Shown here one piece after another: positions 11,570 to 24,389 of a DNA stretch of 64,000 nt. The translations under genes were made by a program, and so were the position numbers. Under the pieces are notes generated by a model that worked only from the letters and a program-made list of their open reading frames with translations, was not told the DNA's origin and did no database searches. How positions within the stretch are numbered: position 1 is the first letter of the stretch; each line of letters opens with the position of its first letter. Source of the DNA: Octopus sinensis (lineage: Eukaryota); assembly GCF_006345805.1 (NCBI RefSeq), contig NC_043002.1:94054001-94118000 (forward strand), in the 5' to 3' direction.

Positions 11570-13400
11570 CATACTCAGAATAGGTAGTGTCAATGCACGT
11601 GGCCTGAATTCGCCTTGGAGCAAGGCCACCTGCTGAATGACCTTAGGTCACTAGATATAGATGTAGTAGCAACCAGTGAAACCAACATTTCCTAGGAACG
11701 AGCCTTCATGCCCAGCTTTGGCTAAAGGTTGTATACAATTTTAAGTTGGCCGAAATCAGGAAACAGAATCACTGTGTTGTTTTGGAAAAGTTTGAATCTC
11801 ACGATACAGACCATATTCGAAGACTCGGATGGTAAAGTGATGATATAAGACGTGATCAGCAGAGAATTCCATATCTTCAAACTAATGACCGGTTACGCCC
11901 CAACAAGTGTGGAGCAACCTGATTTCTTAAGGCATCTGGAGGTCTTTCTAGAAACGTTCGCTCTTTAGTGCTAGTGGGAGACTGGAATAGTATCTTGAAT
12001 ACACAGTGAGATTGTGTAGGGCTGCTCAGATGTTTACAATAATCTAACAGGTACCGAATGTGCTCGTGTAGGCAAGGACAAATTGCACTCGGATTATAAA
12101 GATCATATCTAGATATGGCATTCAATACAGACAGCTTATGTTATCCACAATTTAAAGTCTTTGGGTACACGTACGGTCACCTTGGGTAGGCTTCATAAGC
12201 GAAAACCTGGTTACTGAAAGCTGAACACGTCATTCCCTATGTGTAAGATTACAAAGACCAGATTACTGAATTAGTTATGCAAACGCTGACAGGGACATCG
12301 ACAGCGATAAATGGTTGTCCACCCTGAAGAGCACTATTATAATAGAATCGATAAGGTTTAGCAAGGCAGTAGCAGTAGAGAAAATTAGCTTATAGGAGGA
12401 CCTAATTAGATACATAGTAAAGAGATCATAATTTATGTGTTTGCGGTAAAATTGCCCTTCGACAATTTCTTCAGGGTGAAGCACGAAAACTACTTTCTAA
12501 GGATTAAGGTGCGTGCTCTAACAAGAAGAAATAAAAGCTGTTCGATGGGGCTGTGTGAGCAAGGCTTAACATGGCAACTAAGCCATGATTCGGTCTTTGG
12601 AAGATTACGCTCAGCGCGTGCTACTCGATGTGTGTGGTTTTTCAGCGGCACATCATATGGATGTTCGGGGCGTGTGGTGGGCCGTATCGCAGGATGTACT
12701 TCAATGCCTATCTCGACGACCTACTGCAGCTTTCGGAGTATTATCAAAGGCCGATAACAGCCAGTTAAATACAAGGAATGATAACTAGTTGCGCGAAATG
12801 CAAACCACCTCGTTAAGATGGCTCGTATTAGAGTTTACGATTATATGCTAGATTTTTTTCGGTGATCTCTTGGCAGATCTATCACAGCTAGCATTAGAAC
12901 GGAAGAATTTCCATTTCTGTGAACCAAATAGGTGACTTGCTGTTAAAAGACTCAAACAAAAAGAATAATTTTTCGGCCTATATCTCTGCTAAACTCAGAT
13001 TTCAAGATTCGGACCAAAGTGTTACCAAAGAGATTTGGCGTTTGTCATTTGTGGTCTGGTTGGTGATGCATCATCCTGAACATATTTATCCATGACATCC
13101 TCCACTTTATGCGATTCATAACAGAGGGAGTGGATAAGGACCCTGATCAACTTAGATCAATCAAAAGCTTTCGATACAGTCGACCACCAATACTTGGCGG
13201 TTGTCTTCACAGCAGCCGGTTTCATCCCATCTTCAGAGATTGACTAGCTGCAATGAATAACCACTGAACAGTGACATCTGTTTGGTAGTCGGAGTAAATG
13301 GCCACCTATTGGAACCGTTCAGTATTATAAGCTCTGTCAAGGTTATCCCCCTTTGTTTCTTCTGTGTGCATTGACTCTAGAGTGATCTGTGTAGGTATAT
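11570..13400 (+). mobile_element. Decayed L1/Tx1-like ORF2 (APE endonuclease to RT)
   Basis: IGSVNARGLN at about 11580, DVVATSET, LDQSKAFDTVDHQYL at about 13150-13195, and a QGxPL-like trace at about 13340; many frameshifts. Confidence 0.8.
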
Positions 13401-13649
13401 GCGTCAACGTAATATTAGTTTCAAATTTTGGTACAAGTCCAGTATTTTAGGAGCGGGAGCAAGTCAGTTACATTGACTTCAGAAGGATGAAAAGCAAAGT
13501 CGACCTTTGCGGAATTTGAACTCAGAACGTAAATCTTAGAAGCAGGGTCACTTACTCAGCAACCTCAGGTTATCAAATATAGGTGTGGTGGCCATAAGCG
13601 AGACCGAAGTCGCGGAGACTTCCCTTCTGAAGTTAGTCATCGCATCCCG

Positions 13650-15720
13650 TATATCTTCGGCTGTTAACTGCGCTTCGCAGAACGTCGCATCCTAAGCCGA
13701 AAGGCGCGAAATGCCGTCGAGGTAGGAAGTGAAATCCACCTCCAATTCTGCTACACTACGCACTCTGTACAGTTCAGCTGATGAAATTCCGCACACATCT
13801 GCTTGGACTCGAGTTGCAAGAACCTGTCTCGGCCCATCAAAGACCGAATTGTGGCTTTGTTTCCTCGTTGTGCCTCTTCCATCCGGGCCATCGAACGGGT
13901 TTCATCCACTCGTATCTTAGTGTACGCATCCTAGCTCTGACAAAGCAACTTTCGTGCCTGGAATTGAAGTGTTGATCAAGAGCCAATCTTGCCAGCACGT
14001 CGGTCGCTATGCTTTTATTAAGTGTCTCTTCTATTTTCCTTACTAGGTTTCCCTCTATTCTAGATTGCTCTAACACTAATTCTTTACTAAACCCTAACGC
14101 CTCTTTTCAGGGCTATCCACCATCGGTTGTTGAGGATTGCATTCGACAACTTCCGATGGACTAACTTACTAACCCGGTCTTCGAAAGCTTTATGAACCAG
14201 GGAAGACGCGTTGAGCGTCCAGTATCCGGGGCCCTGCCCATGGATTCTAACTAAGTCGCTCTCAGAGAGATCCACTGGCATTAAAGAACGAGACATCCCA
14301 AGGAAAACCTCAAAAGGGCTGAAGAAATACGGCTGCCCCGTCCTAGTCGGGGTGTACACAGCGACTAGTCTAAAAGCCCCACCTTCGCTATTGCTGACAT
14401 CCAGGACTAACAACTTACCATCCGGGTTCAGGAAGATCGTCCGTACCTCGAGATCCAGTCCTTTCTTAACCAACACTGACACCCCACCCCACTATTCCAG
14501 GGCGACTAAGAGATGCGTAAATACAAAAGTCGTCAAAAATAGGAGGTAGAGTGCGCATGTTAGAAACTCTGATCTCACTGGCGTCTATCACATCCAAAGC
14601 TAGTAACTTGAAGTCACCTTGCTTCCAGGACGACATAAGGCCACTTACCTTTTTGTAACCTACTCTAATATTTGCCATGTTGACCGGAGAGAGTTGAGAG
14701 AAAGGAAATGAGTGGGGTTACTTATCCTCCCGGTGTTGTCGGCAGGCGGGTGGCTCGATCTCTGAGTTTGGTTGGAGCTCCTTTGGGAATCCCTTTAAAA
14801 GTTTGTTCGTGGAATTTACATTCAGGGTTCCCACGTCGTAGAGGAAAACCTTCTAATGTTCTTGTACATGTTGAGTGGCATTCGCACTAACGTTAAGTCA
14901 TCTAGCACTTTAAAAGTGCTGGTGACATAAATTGCACTCCCTCTCTCTATGTCTTTATTTCATACTATGAGGGTCATCAATTCATCATTGAAAACGTCAG
15001 CAGATTTGTGAGGCTTTTTCACCTCTCTTCTAACAGCTAGCCCCACACAATCCAAATGTGCGTCTAAAATGTCTATTTCTTTACTACCCACAAGGGGCTA
15101 AACACAGAGGGGACAAACAAGGACAGACAAACGGATTAAGTCGATTACATCGACCCCAGTGCATAACTGGTACTTAGTTTATCGACTCCGAAAGAATGAA
15201 AGGCAAAGTCGACCTCGGCGGAATTTGAACGCAGAACGTAACGGTAGATGAAATACGGCTACGCATTTCGCCCGGCGAAAATGTATAAAATGTCTAAAAT
15301 GTCATTCCAGTCGCACATTAGCACTAATGGTCGAGACGTTCTCAGGGAAACTTCCAAACGTCTGAAGAAATCCGACTGTCCTGTTCCTGTCGGAGCAATA
15401 ACAACCACCAGTCTGAAAGCTTTCCCTTCACTACTATTCACACCTAGGAACACCCATTTACCTTCTGGGTCCAAGAAGATAGCCCTTATCTTGAGATCCA
15501 GACCTCTCCGGAACAACACCGCAGTTCCATCCTCTCATTCTCGGTTGACATGGAGATAAGTAAACCTCGCACTCACCGAAAATGGGCAAGAAATTTCGTC
15601 GGTCAGAGAGCTTGGTCTCACTGACAGCCACGACATCTAAACTAAGAGACCCGAGATAATTGAATAGGTGGTCCTGTTTTCAAGGCAACCCCGGATCACG
15701 TACATTTATACTGCCTATTC
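13650..15720 (-). mobile_element. Decayed L1/Tx1-like ORF2 fragments, with two APE-domain copies interrupted by a SINE
   Basis: GAFRLVAVYTPT...FEVFLGMSRSL (14087-14482) and KAFRLVVVIAPT...FFRRLEVSLRTSRPLVLMCDWND (15259-15519). Confidence 0.75.
15074..15277 (-). mobile_element. SINE family A, 5'-truncated
   Basis: Reverse complement of the consensus. Confidence 0.9.
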
Positions 15721-16339
15721 TGTGCAAGGCAACATTGGACAATGAATTAGATGGAGAATAGGAGAACTACTTCCCGTAATTTTGAGAGGAGCGACCGATA
15801 AGTATTCCGTGCCTATGATGTGGGTGTTTCTACAAGCAGTCATTTGTAGGCTTTTGTTAACACGTTTTGTAAAATTTCCCATCCCATCAGGGCATTTCTT
15901 CTTAATGTTTTATATGTTTTGATGTATTTGTATGGATGTTATGTGTGTAGCTATGTTGGCTGTCGGTGTAATGGAATTGCTCTGAGAGATGTCTGAATGG
16001 TTGTATATGCTTTCCATTTTTGTGTAGTTGTTCGTGTCTATGACAGTGTAATTGAGGATGTTTAAATTTTGCTCGTGATGGGATTTGTGATAAAATTGTC
16101 GTGTGTATGAATTAGATTGTGCTTGTAGTGGTGGTGTCTATGATAGTGGTGGTAATTATGGTGGTGATGGGGATGATGTTGACAATGTTAGTGTAGAACT
16201 GTGGTGGGGGTGGTGTTTGAGCATTGGTGTTCAAAAGCATCCTCCCATTTGTTCGTATCTGTCAATTTTTTGTATTGGTGTGTTTTTGTTCCTCTTTTCT
16301 TGGCCTTGGTGACCGTTTACCATTTAGTCTCATCTCTGT

Positions 16340-17300
16340 CCCCTTCGTTATAGGACATGTCTGAGTGGTCCGAAGAAGGGATGGGCATTTTGGTGTTTTA
16401 TTGAAGTAGCTGTTGTTGTTTTAGGGGTTTCTGCTGCTGCTGTTGCTGCTGTTGTTGTGGTGATGCTGCTGCTACTGCAGATGCTGTTGTAATTGTTGTT
16501 GTTGCTGTTTTCGCTGCCGTTAGTTTCGGTCTTGCTATTGTTGATGTCGTGGCCACCTGTCTCTGTTGGTGTTGTTGTTGTTGCTGTTGTTGTTGTTGTG
16601 GTGTTGTCAGGAGCGTTGGTTTCTTTTGCTGTAGGCCAAAGGCTTCGAGGTGATGTGTGTCCCACACAGCTGACGTCTCAGCCTTCTTCCCTCAACAGCC
16701 ACGTGAAGCTTTGTGCCATCTGGTAGGGCTATGAAGTCCGGACTGGCTTCAGTACTTTGTTGATATTCCTGTATTAACAACTGCATACCTTGTTCTAACC
16801 GGTTTCTCTTCCGTATTCTCTGTATTTGCAGAATACTGGTTTTCTCGTCTATGTCGAAGAGAATTGCTACCACCAGCCAGCAGAAGTCGATTTCTGATGG
16901 CGTATTTATTATTCTTATTTTAAACACTCTTCGGTAAAGGTAAATGGGGATGAAGAAGAGTTCGTCACTCGTTAAGGTGGCGGTTAAGTGAATTTTGGTC
17001 TCTTCTTCTGAGGTGAACTTGAATTCGACAATCCTATACTCCCGCCCTTATTGGCTATATAAGCTTTGCTCTTCCAAATTGGTCGCAGATATTTTTCCAT
17101 CTGCTAGTGTGTGCCTGCTTCTTCTAATTGCTTTGTATAGAACTGTCCGCAAATTAGCTTCAGTGCCACATTTCGCCCACATTACTTCAGCATACATTTT
17201 GCCCTTTTAAATTCATTTTCCTTTATAAAAGTTTCTTCAATTATTTGCCGCGTTACGCCGGCGAAACCCTGACAGCGGACTTGCATGGTTCATTTTCCTT
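16340..17300 (-). mobile_element. Probable decayed LINE ORF1 with zinc-knuckle remnant, upstream of the minus-strand ORF2 fragments
   Basis: LPDGTKLHVAVEGRRLRRQLCGTH resembles a VEGR..C..CG..H knuckle and is followed by a Thr/Gln low-complexity tract. Confidence 0.45.
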
Positions 17301-17710
17301 GTTCTTGCTTTTTTCGTTAATGATGTTGGGTTTGCTGTTGTCACTGCTGGGGGTGGTGGAGGTGAAAGTGTTGTTGCTTTTCGTTGTCATTGATTTCTTT
17401 TGCTGGTACTGTGGTGGGAATGTTAGGAGTTCTAAAGGTGGGAAGTTACTTTCATAATTTTCCGTGCGGTGGTGTTATTGTTGTTGTTGTCGTCGTCGTT
17501 GTTGTTGTACTGCTGTTGTCACTAACTTTTATAATTTGGCTGTTCTGAGGATAACGGGTGGTTTTCGTCCGCCATCTTTCTTTTAAAACAAAATTTGAGG
17601 AACGTGTTTACTAGACAAACCTCAATTTAGTCCCCAAGGGCTACAAGTGGAGGAAAATTAACGAGTTCCCTAAGGTCCAGGTTTGTTCATCTATGTAATA
17701 AAAACAAATG

Positions 17711-18163
17711 GGATCTTTTCGGTTTGAACGGCAGTTTTTAACATAATTTCTAGATAACTAAAAAATGTTAAACTTCGTATACTGGTAGAAATGTGTTTAT
17801 AAAACATCTTTTTCTCTTGGCTTTATTGAGAAAATTCTATAGTTTGTAAGATATTTGTTGTTTTTTTCTTCAATTTCTGCAATTTCAACCAATCAGTGAC
17901 GTCCATTGAAGTAAACAACATTCTGTGCCGTATGAATATGTCCCTCGTTTAAGAAACAGATTGGGCTTATTTACATTTGTGAAGAAAATAAATATACCCT
18001 TCCCCCCACCCCTAACCCTAACTCTAACCCTAACCCTAACCCTAACTAACCCTAACCCTAAAATAGATTGAAATGCAATAGATCGATACTAGGGTCATAA
18101 TTATGGGCGACAATTTCATATGGCACCGCTAGAAAAGAACTGCCGTTCAAACCGAAAAGATCC
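17711..18163. mobile_element. MITE with GGATC-terminal TIRs, 8-bp TSD and internal (CCCTAA)n
   Basis: TIR GGATCTTTTCGGTTTGAACGGCAGT; TSD AACAAATG at 17703-17710 and 18164-18171. Confidence 0.9.
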
Positions 18164-18304
18164 AACAAATGTACAATATATAACTTTGTGTAACAATGCA
18201 AATAGAAACTAACTTACAGGAGCGCTGCGCAATACATATCGATAGACCATCACCACGACCACCACCACGAACAACAACAACAACAACAACATTTATTATA
18301 ATAA

Positions 18305-18440
18305 TGGTTTCAAATTTCGGTCGGTAAAATAAATACCAGTGCACAACTGGTACATATTTTACCAACCCCGAAAGATAAAAGGCAAAGGGGACCTCGGTGG
18401 AATTTGAACTCAAAACGTGAAGGCAGACAAAATGCTGCTT
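18305..18440 (-). mobile_element. SINE family A fragment
   Basis: accccgaaagataaaaggcaaaggggacctcggtggaatttgaactc. Confidence 0.7.
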
Positions 18441-18581
18441 AGCAACAACAAAACAAACTACTGCAATACACAAACAGGAGGAGTCTACGCTCCTCTAATC
18501 CCCACAAAAATAAGAACACAATGTTGCTCCCACCTCAGGAATACGGAGGTGCACAAGGTGATGCAGCAAAAACTCGCATGA

Positions 18582-18582
<1 letters not shown>

Positions 18583-18629
<47 letters not shown>

Positions 18630-18835
18630 CCTTTCTACTATAGACACAAGGCCTGAAATTTGGGGGAGGGGGTAAGTTGATTACATCAATCCCTGTGTAT
18701 CACTGGTACTTAATTTATCGACCCCCGAAAGGATGGCAGGCAAAGTGGACCTCGGCGGAATTTGAACTCAGAACGTTAAGCATTTCGTCCTGTGTGCTAA
18801 CGATTCTGTCAGCTCACTGCCTTAAAAATATTGAT

Positions 18836-18869
<34 letters not shown>

Positions 18870-18943
18870 TAATAATAACAATAAAAATAATAATAATAAT
18901 ATAATAATAATAATTATTATTATTATTATCATTATTATTATTA

Positions 18944-18978
<35 letters not shown>

Positions 18979-18980
18979 GT

Positions 18981-19043
<63 letters not shown>
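18583..19043. repeat. (AAT)n, (ATT)n and (TAC)n trinucleotide arrays flanking a SINE A variant (about 18630-18822, minus strand)
   Basis: Read directly. Confidence 0.9.
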
Positions 19044-19044
19044 T

Positions 19045-19230
19045 TTCAACTGTAGGTTCGTGGCCTGAAATTTCGGGGAGGTGTTTAATCGATTAAATCG
19101 ATTCTGTGCTCAATTTACTTCATCGATTCCGAAAGGATGAAAGGCCTCGGCGGAATTTGAACTCAGAACCTAAAGCCAGAAGAAATGCCGCGAAGCGTTC
19201 TGTCTGACGTGGTAACGATTCTGCCAGGTC
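19045..19230 (-). mobile_element. SINE family A variant (short tail)
   Basis: ggcctgaaatt...ccgaaaggatgaaaggcctcggcggaatttgaactcagaac. Confidence 0.75.
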
Positions 19231-19329
19231 ACCGCAATGATGATGCTGATGATGATAATATTCACTGGGAAATGCGCAAGGAGTATCGACTTCAATCAGA
19301 ACACAACTAGTGTGAACATGCACCTGAAA

Positions 19330-19745
19330 AAGTGACTGAAAATGACGAGGTTAAACTTCTTCGAGAGTTTTCTATCCAAACGGCTCAATATCTAAGAGTA
19401 TAGCAGAGCAGACATCTTGGTGTTTGAGAAGAGGGAACGGATTTGCTATATAACTGATGTGGCCTATCCATTTGATACAAGGATAACAACAACAACAACA
19501 ACAACAAAAGAGAGAGAGAGAATTCAACAAAGTAGATGTATACTAGCACCTGAAGTGAGAGATTAGCAGATTGTGGGGTTGCAGAAAAAGTGAAGTCGTA
19601 TTAATTGTCATTGGAGTATAAGAAAGAGAGGGAAGAGGCTCAAGGAGTGAACTGAAAAGATTTGCCTTGTAGAAGCACACAAAATACTTGCAACAGGCTT
19701 GCTTGTTAGGAAAGGTGAAAATCATTCGAAATTTCTTGGATGGCT
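19330..19745 (+). mobile_element. RLE-type non-LTR retrotransposon 3' end fragment
   Basis: KLLREFSIQT...RADILVFEK...ITDVAYPFDTRI...LQQACLLG matches the restriction-like endonuclease domain pattern. Confidence 0.65.
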
Positions 19746-19857
19746 GAGGTCACAGTTGGTGACTTGTTTACAGAGAGTAAATCTACCTAAATTCCATCGT
19801 AGGGGTCCGATACAAAAAAAAAATTAAACAAAAATAAAAATAAAAATAAACACTAGT

Positions 19858-20062
19858 CCTTTCAACTATAGGCAGAAGGCCTGTCATTTTTGGTAGAAGT
19901 GGTTTACATCGACCCCAGTGCTTAACTGGTACTTATTTCATCAACCCTGAAAGGATGAAAAGCAAAGTTGACCTCCACGGAATTTGCACTCAGAACGTAA
20001 ATACGGATGAAATATCGCCAAACATTTCGCCTGACGTACTAACGCTTCTGCCAGCTCACCAT
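19858..20062 (-). mobile_element. SINE family A variant
   Basis: Reverse complement of the consensus body and head. Confidence 0.8.
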
Positions 20063-21039
20063 CTTCAATTATTATTGGAAAAAACCCGGAAAGACAGCGA
20101 ACAAGGGTGCACGTGTATAGTTTTTAATTTTATGTTCTAAGGAAGAACTAGAATGAGTTCTACAAGCATATATGCATCCATTTCTCGGCTTAGTCTGAAA
20201 TAATGGTGATGGAACTGAAGCTAGAATCATATTGATATTGTTTATAACCTAAGCCTACATGATGACGCGAATTAAATGCTGTATGAACTCAGAAAATATT
20301 CGTCATTCTTGAAATGATGTAACCTGCTTTCAATTAAAACCCATTCCATAGTCATTCTATGGATACACATGGCTAAATTAGATGAACTGGACTGTGAGGC
20401 CTATCTGTATTGGTGGTAAACAAACGGTAAAATACGAATCACTTCTTCGCTACTCAATCCACTTGGCCATTTGCAACTCTCAATCCACAGAAAATTATAG
20501 TATACATTGTCATTCGCTGGTTGTTTCTCGTGTTTAGAATTTCAATTTCCTCCTGAGTAGATCCCCCATGTTGATAGGAGTTTATGAGCAAAAAGACCAA
20601 TCCTTGCATGAAACAAGTAGGCAAAGAGGAGTTAAGAGAGGGCGTAGTTGTTGTTGCATTTTGCGTTCTTTACATTTTCTTTTCAGAATTCTCTTGACTT
20701 AAAAAAAGAAAAGGACCAGTTTTGATTGTGATAGTGCGCAAGTTGGAACGGCTCCGAACGTTGCTCACGTCTTTTGCCATTTCTTATTGCACATAAGATG
20801 TAAATTAAAATGAAATGAGGAAAATTTCACTACATATCCTGTGAATACTCAATGGCATAGTATCATATTTATATCTTGTCTACCATAGGCTAGGACAGTA
20901 TTGTTATTTTCACAGTTTGCTGTAACAAACTATGTAAATAACGATTTCTATTCAATGACAAATTTTCAAGGCATTCCTTCTTTATTTGGGCCCTCGATAA
21001 CTGAAGTAGTCTCAGGGGTATTTTAATAATAGAAATAAA

Positions 21040-21240
21040 GAAAAACCCGGTGAAACATATTTTTCTCTATGTCTAATCACAACTAGTTTCAAAGAAGAAT
21101 CAGTTTCAGTAAGGTATTTATCGACCCCGAAAAGATGAAAGGCAACGTTGACCTCGGCGGAATTCGAACTTAGAACGCAGAGAACTAGAACACATTCTGC
21201 AAATATTCTCTCCGACACTGTAACGACTCTGCCAATGCAA
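21040..21240 (-). mobile_element. SINE family A variant, diverged
   Basis: tcgaccccgaaaagatgaaaggcaacgttgacctcggcggaattcgaact. Confidence 0.75.
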
Positions 21241-21996
21241 CGATTGTCTAAGCATACAATGAGTGCAATTTATAGCCGTGTCTCTCCACATGTCAGCAAC
21301 ATTCTGCGTTCAACACCATTATAAAATTAATTCTATTCCTTCTCACCGTGCTTCACTATTGAGAACATAGATACATGCCAAAATATCTGAAATACATGCA
21401 TATGACGTGAACCTCTGGCTATAATGTCAAGTAGGGGTGAACATATTGAAGGTAGAACATAAATAATCTAATTAGAAATGTCGTGAGAACACCATTAACT
21501 CAACGACCAATATTTTAATCATGCTGGTAAGTACGGAATATAAAAACGGGTACATTTCAGTCTTATTAGATCTCTTCAGCGAAACAGAATTTTTTTTTAG
21601 ACTACACTTATTGTCATAAAACCCCAGGATCGAATCTCCACCGAAATCTAAAGACTACAAGCAAAGTAGATGCACCCATCTTGTTGAACAAAATTTAGCT
21701 AATTAGCATATGTAGCTGTACAACCGATAAGACATTAAAAAAAAAAAAAAAAATCCCTGATTTGACACTCGTTCATTAGCGTTTGATAGGTTAATTAAAC
21801 TTCACAGATATGGTCTAACGCAACAAATTCGAATTGTTCAACAAAATTTACCATTATATAAAGGTTCGCATAAATAATTTTTTTAAAGCAATTTATTGCG
21901 AATATATTCAATTTTCAAAATAAAATTAGAATTCAATATTAGGAAGTGAATGAAAATATAAGAACGAATATAAAATATCTTTTAGTTTATTCTAAA

Positions 21997-22395
21997 CTAG
22001 CAGTATCGCCCGGCGTTGCTCGGGTTTGTAAGGGAAATAACTATATAAGCATTTTTAGAGAGTTATAGCCAAAAAATAGAAAAAAAAATGCATTAAAATG
22101 GAAAAAAAAGTGATGGTAAATTTTTTTAAAAATCGTTCACTCATCGTAGACATTTTTAGAGAGTTACTTCCCTTATATAATAGCGAAAAAATGCATTAAA
22201 ATGGAAAATAATGATGGTAATTTTTTTTTTAAATCGTAGACTCATCGTAGACGCGCGCTAATACCCAGAAGGGCTCGATATGAATCACGACTATAAGATA
22301 CCCGCTTTTGGTTAAACTGCACCGCAAAATGTGGGAGTAGTTAGGAATCTAAATCGTAGGAGACAGACACACAACTTCACTTTTATATATAAAGA
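21997..22395 (-). mobile_element. Non-autonomous Helitron-like element
   Basis: Minus strand starts TC, ends with hairpin cccgagcaacgccggg and CTAG, and is inserted between A and T. Near-identical to 29460-29855. Confidence 0.85.
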
Positions 22396-22560
22396 TGTGA
22401 TTCGCATGTTTAGAATTTGTGTTTTAATCCAATATAATGAATTAATGAAAACTTAGAGTTAATTTTACGTAACAAATTTGGCTCAGTATACAATAACGTT
22501 GTTGAAGCATTTTGCGAGAGAACTAATATATACAGACACTGGTGACACATAGGTGATATA

Positions 22561-22761
22561 TACGAAGCGGGGGTACTGGAAAGTTCTTGGTTTTGGGCCA
22601 AAAAAAATATATAAGAGGATCAGTTAATTGTGATTTTATTCAACATATTCCCCTCTCAGATTCACACACTTATTGCAGCGATCGTTCAGTTTTTCTAAGC
22701 CATGTAAAAGAATTCGGAAGGTTAGGCCTCCAACCAGGAACGTCACAGCCCGCCCCCCGTA
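22561..22761 (-). mobile_element. Mariner-derived MITE carrying the transposase C-terminal remnant
   Basis: TIR-like tacga..ggggtactggaaagtt; minus-strand GLEKLNDRCNKCVNLRGEYVE*. Related copy at 30734-30955. Confidence 0.65.
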
Positions 22762-23085
22762 AACACACACACACACACATGCACATACGCACACATACAC
22801 ACACACATGCACATACGCACACACACACATGCACATACGCACACACATACATACACACATGCACATACGCACGCACACACACATGCACATACGCACACAC
22901 ACACACATACGCGCGCGCACACACACACACATGCACATACGAACACACACACACATGCACATACGCACACATACACACACATGCACATACGCACACATAC
23001 ACACACACATGCACATATACGCACACACACACATGCACATACGCACACACACACACACACACACGCACTCTCCCACACACAGGGT
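22762..23085. repeat. Complex (CA)n/(CACATGCACATACG)n minisatellite
   Basis: Read directly. Confidence 0.95.
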
Positions 23086-23381
23086 TTGCAAATAAGCTGA
23101 TGTTTCAGATCTTAAGTGAAAGAGGATGGTGAAAGCTAAAGAGAAGTGGACGAAACAAGTGTCTCGAAACTTGTTTAGAAGAAAGGTGTAAAGAATTGGT
23201 GACAGAGTACCAACATATAAAGTTTGGCGGTTTTTTTTTTTTGCAGTTTGGTACTGGTAGTAATATACGACAAAGTTCACGAACATTTTAGTCAGATGCT
23301 GTTGATATAACACAAGAAAGACGAAAGACTGTCGTAACTGACTTACATCCAATATTTCTTATCATAGCAGAGGCATTCTCT

Positions 23382-24389
23382 TTACGAAGAATCTTCCAGG
23401 GTTGAATCTGTTGTGGAAGTAGTTTTGAAAATTTTTATATTGAATAATTCTTTTAAAATTTTCAAAAATTCATTCCGGAAACGAGCATTTAACATACCAT
23501 AAACAACAGGATTTAAAGAACTGTTTAGGATCCACAATCTTATGCCGAATTCCTTGAGTCTCTCAACTGGTACCGATAATTTGATGTTTTTCAAAAGAGG
23601 ATATGTTATGCCTAAAAGCAAACAAGGGATAAAGCTTATCACAAATAATACAGTGATACTTGCTATAATGGAATTAACACGTCGACTTCTTCTCCTCTTT
23701 TCAGAAAATGTCCTCCGAAAATCTTTCTGATCGTTTTTCCGTAGTGAGATGCTCTTTTCTCTGAAGCGTTGTTCAGCCTTGCGTCTGACTAAAACATACA
23801 GAACAGACATTACGACTAATATGATAATGTTAAAAATTAGTAATCCAATAAAGTAGTGTTGCAGTTTTGAATATGGTACAATGTACGTACAAATGGACAG
23901 TCCATGGTAGTCAATCCGGTCGAAATACAAAATTGGTGGTACAGATACCAAAATAGCAATGATATTGATGATGATAGCTGATATTTTGGCGTGACGTATT
24001 GTAAGTTGATATTTGTTGAACCGGCAAACTTTGTTGTATCGCTCCAGAGAAATGATCAAAAGAGTTAGTTCAGACGAAGTACAAGTAAAAAATACCATAA
24101 ATTTATCCATCTTACAAAGTATATTGTTTGGATAGTCGAGGGTATATAATATAGATGTTAATTCGAGAGGGATACCAAATAAACAACTCAAACTATCATA
24201 GATAGCCAGGAAAAATATGAAAATATTCAGAGGTGATTTCCTAAGGCGAAATCCATAAATATACAGAACAAACAAGTTTCCGAAAATTCCTATAGGCATC
24301 ATTATTATCAAGAATATCAAAGCAGGTCGTGTTGTATGTAAAGGATATATCTCGCTATCATTTTGTGTCATGTTTTCTGTAAATGCCAT
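23382..24389 (-). CDS. Orphan rhodopsin-like (class A) GPCR, copy 1, 335 aa
   Basis: Seven hydrophobic segments, N-terminal N-glycosylation sites, TM1 GN, TM2 LAIYD, TM3 C...LERY, TM7 NPVVY. Polypyrimidine/TAG acceptor at 24396, 6 nt before the ATG. Confidence 0.93.
   Translation of the reverse strand: MAFTENMTQNDSEIYPLHTTRPALIFLIIMMPIGIFGNLFVLYIYGFRLRKSPLNIFIFFLAIYDSLSCLFGIPLELTSILYTLDYPNNILCKMDKFMVFFTCTSSELTLLIISLERYNKVCRFNKYQLTIRHAKISAIIINIIAILVSVPPILYFDRIDYHGLSICTYIVPYSKLQHYFIGLLIFNIIILVVMSVLYVLVRRKAEQRFREKSISLRKNDQKDFRRTFSEKRRRSRRVNSIIASITVLFVISFIPCLLLGITYPLLKNIKLSVPVERLKEFGIRLWILNSSLNPVVYGMLNARFRNEFLKILKELFNIKIFKTTSTTDSTLEDSS

Noticed and set aside
18005-18062. Chromosome end or fusion scar from (CCCTAA)n
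   Set aside because: The tract is short and internal to a MITE that is repeated at 30146.
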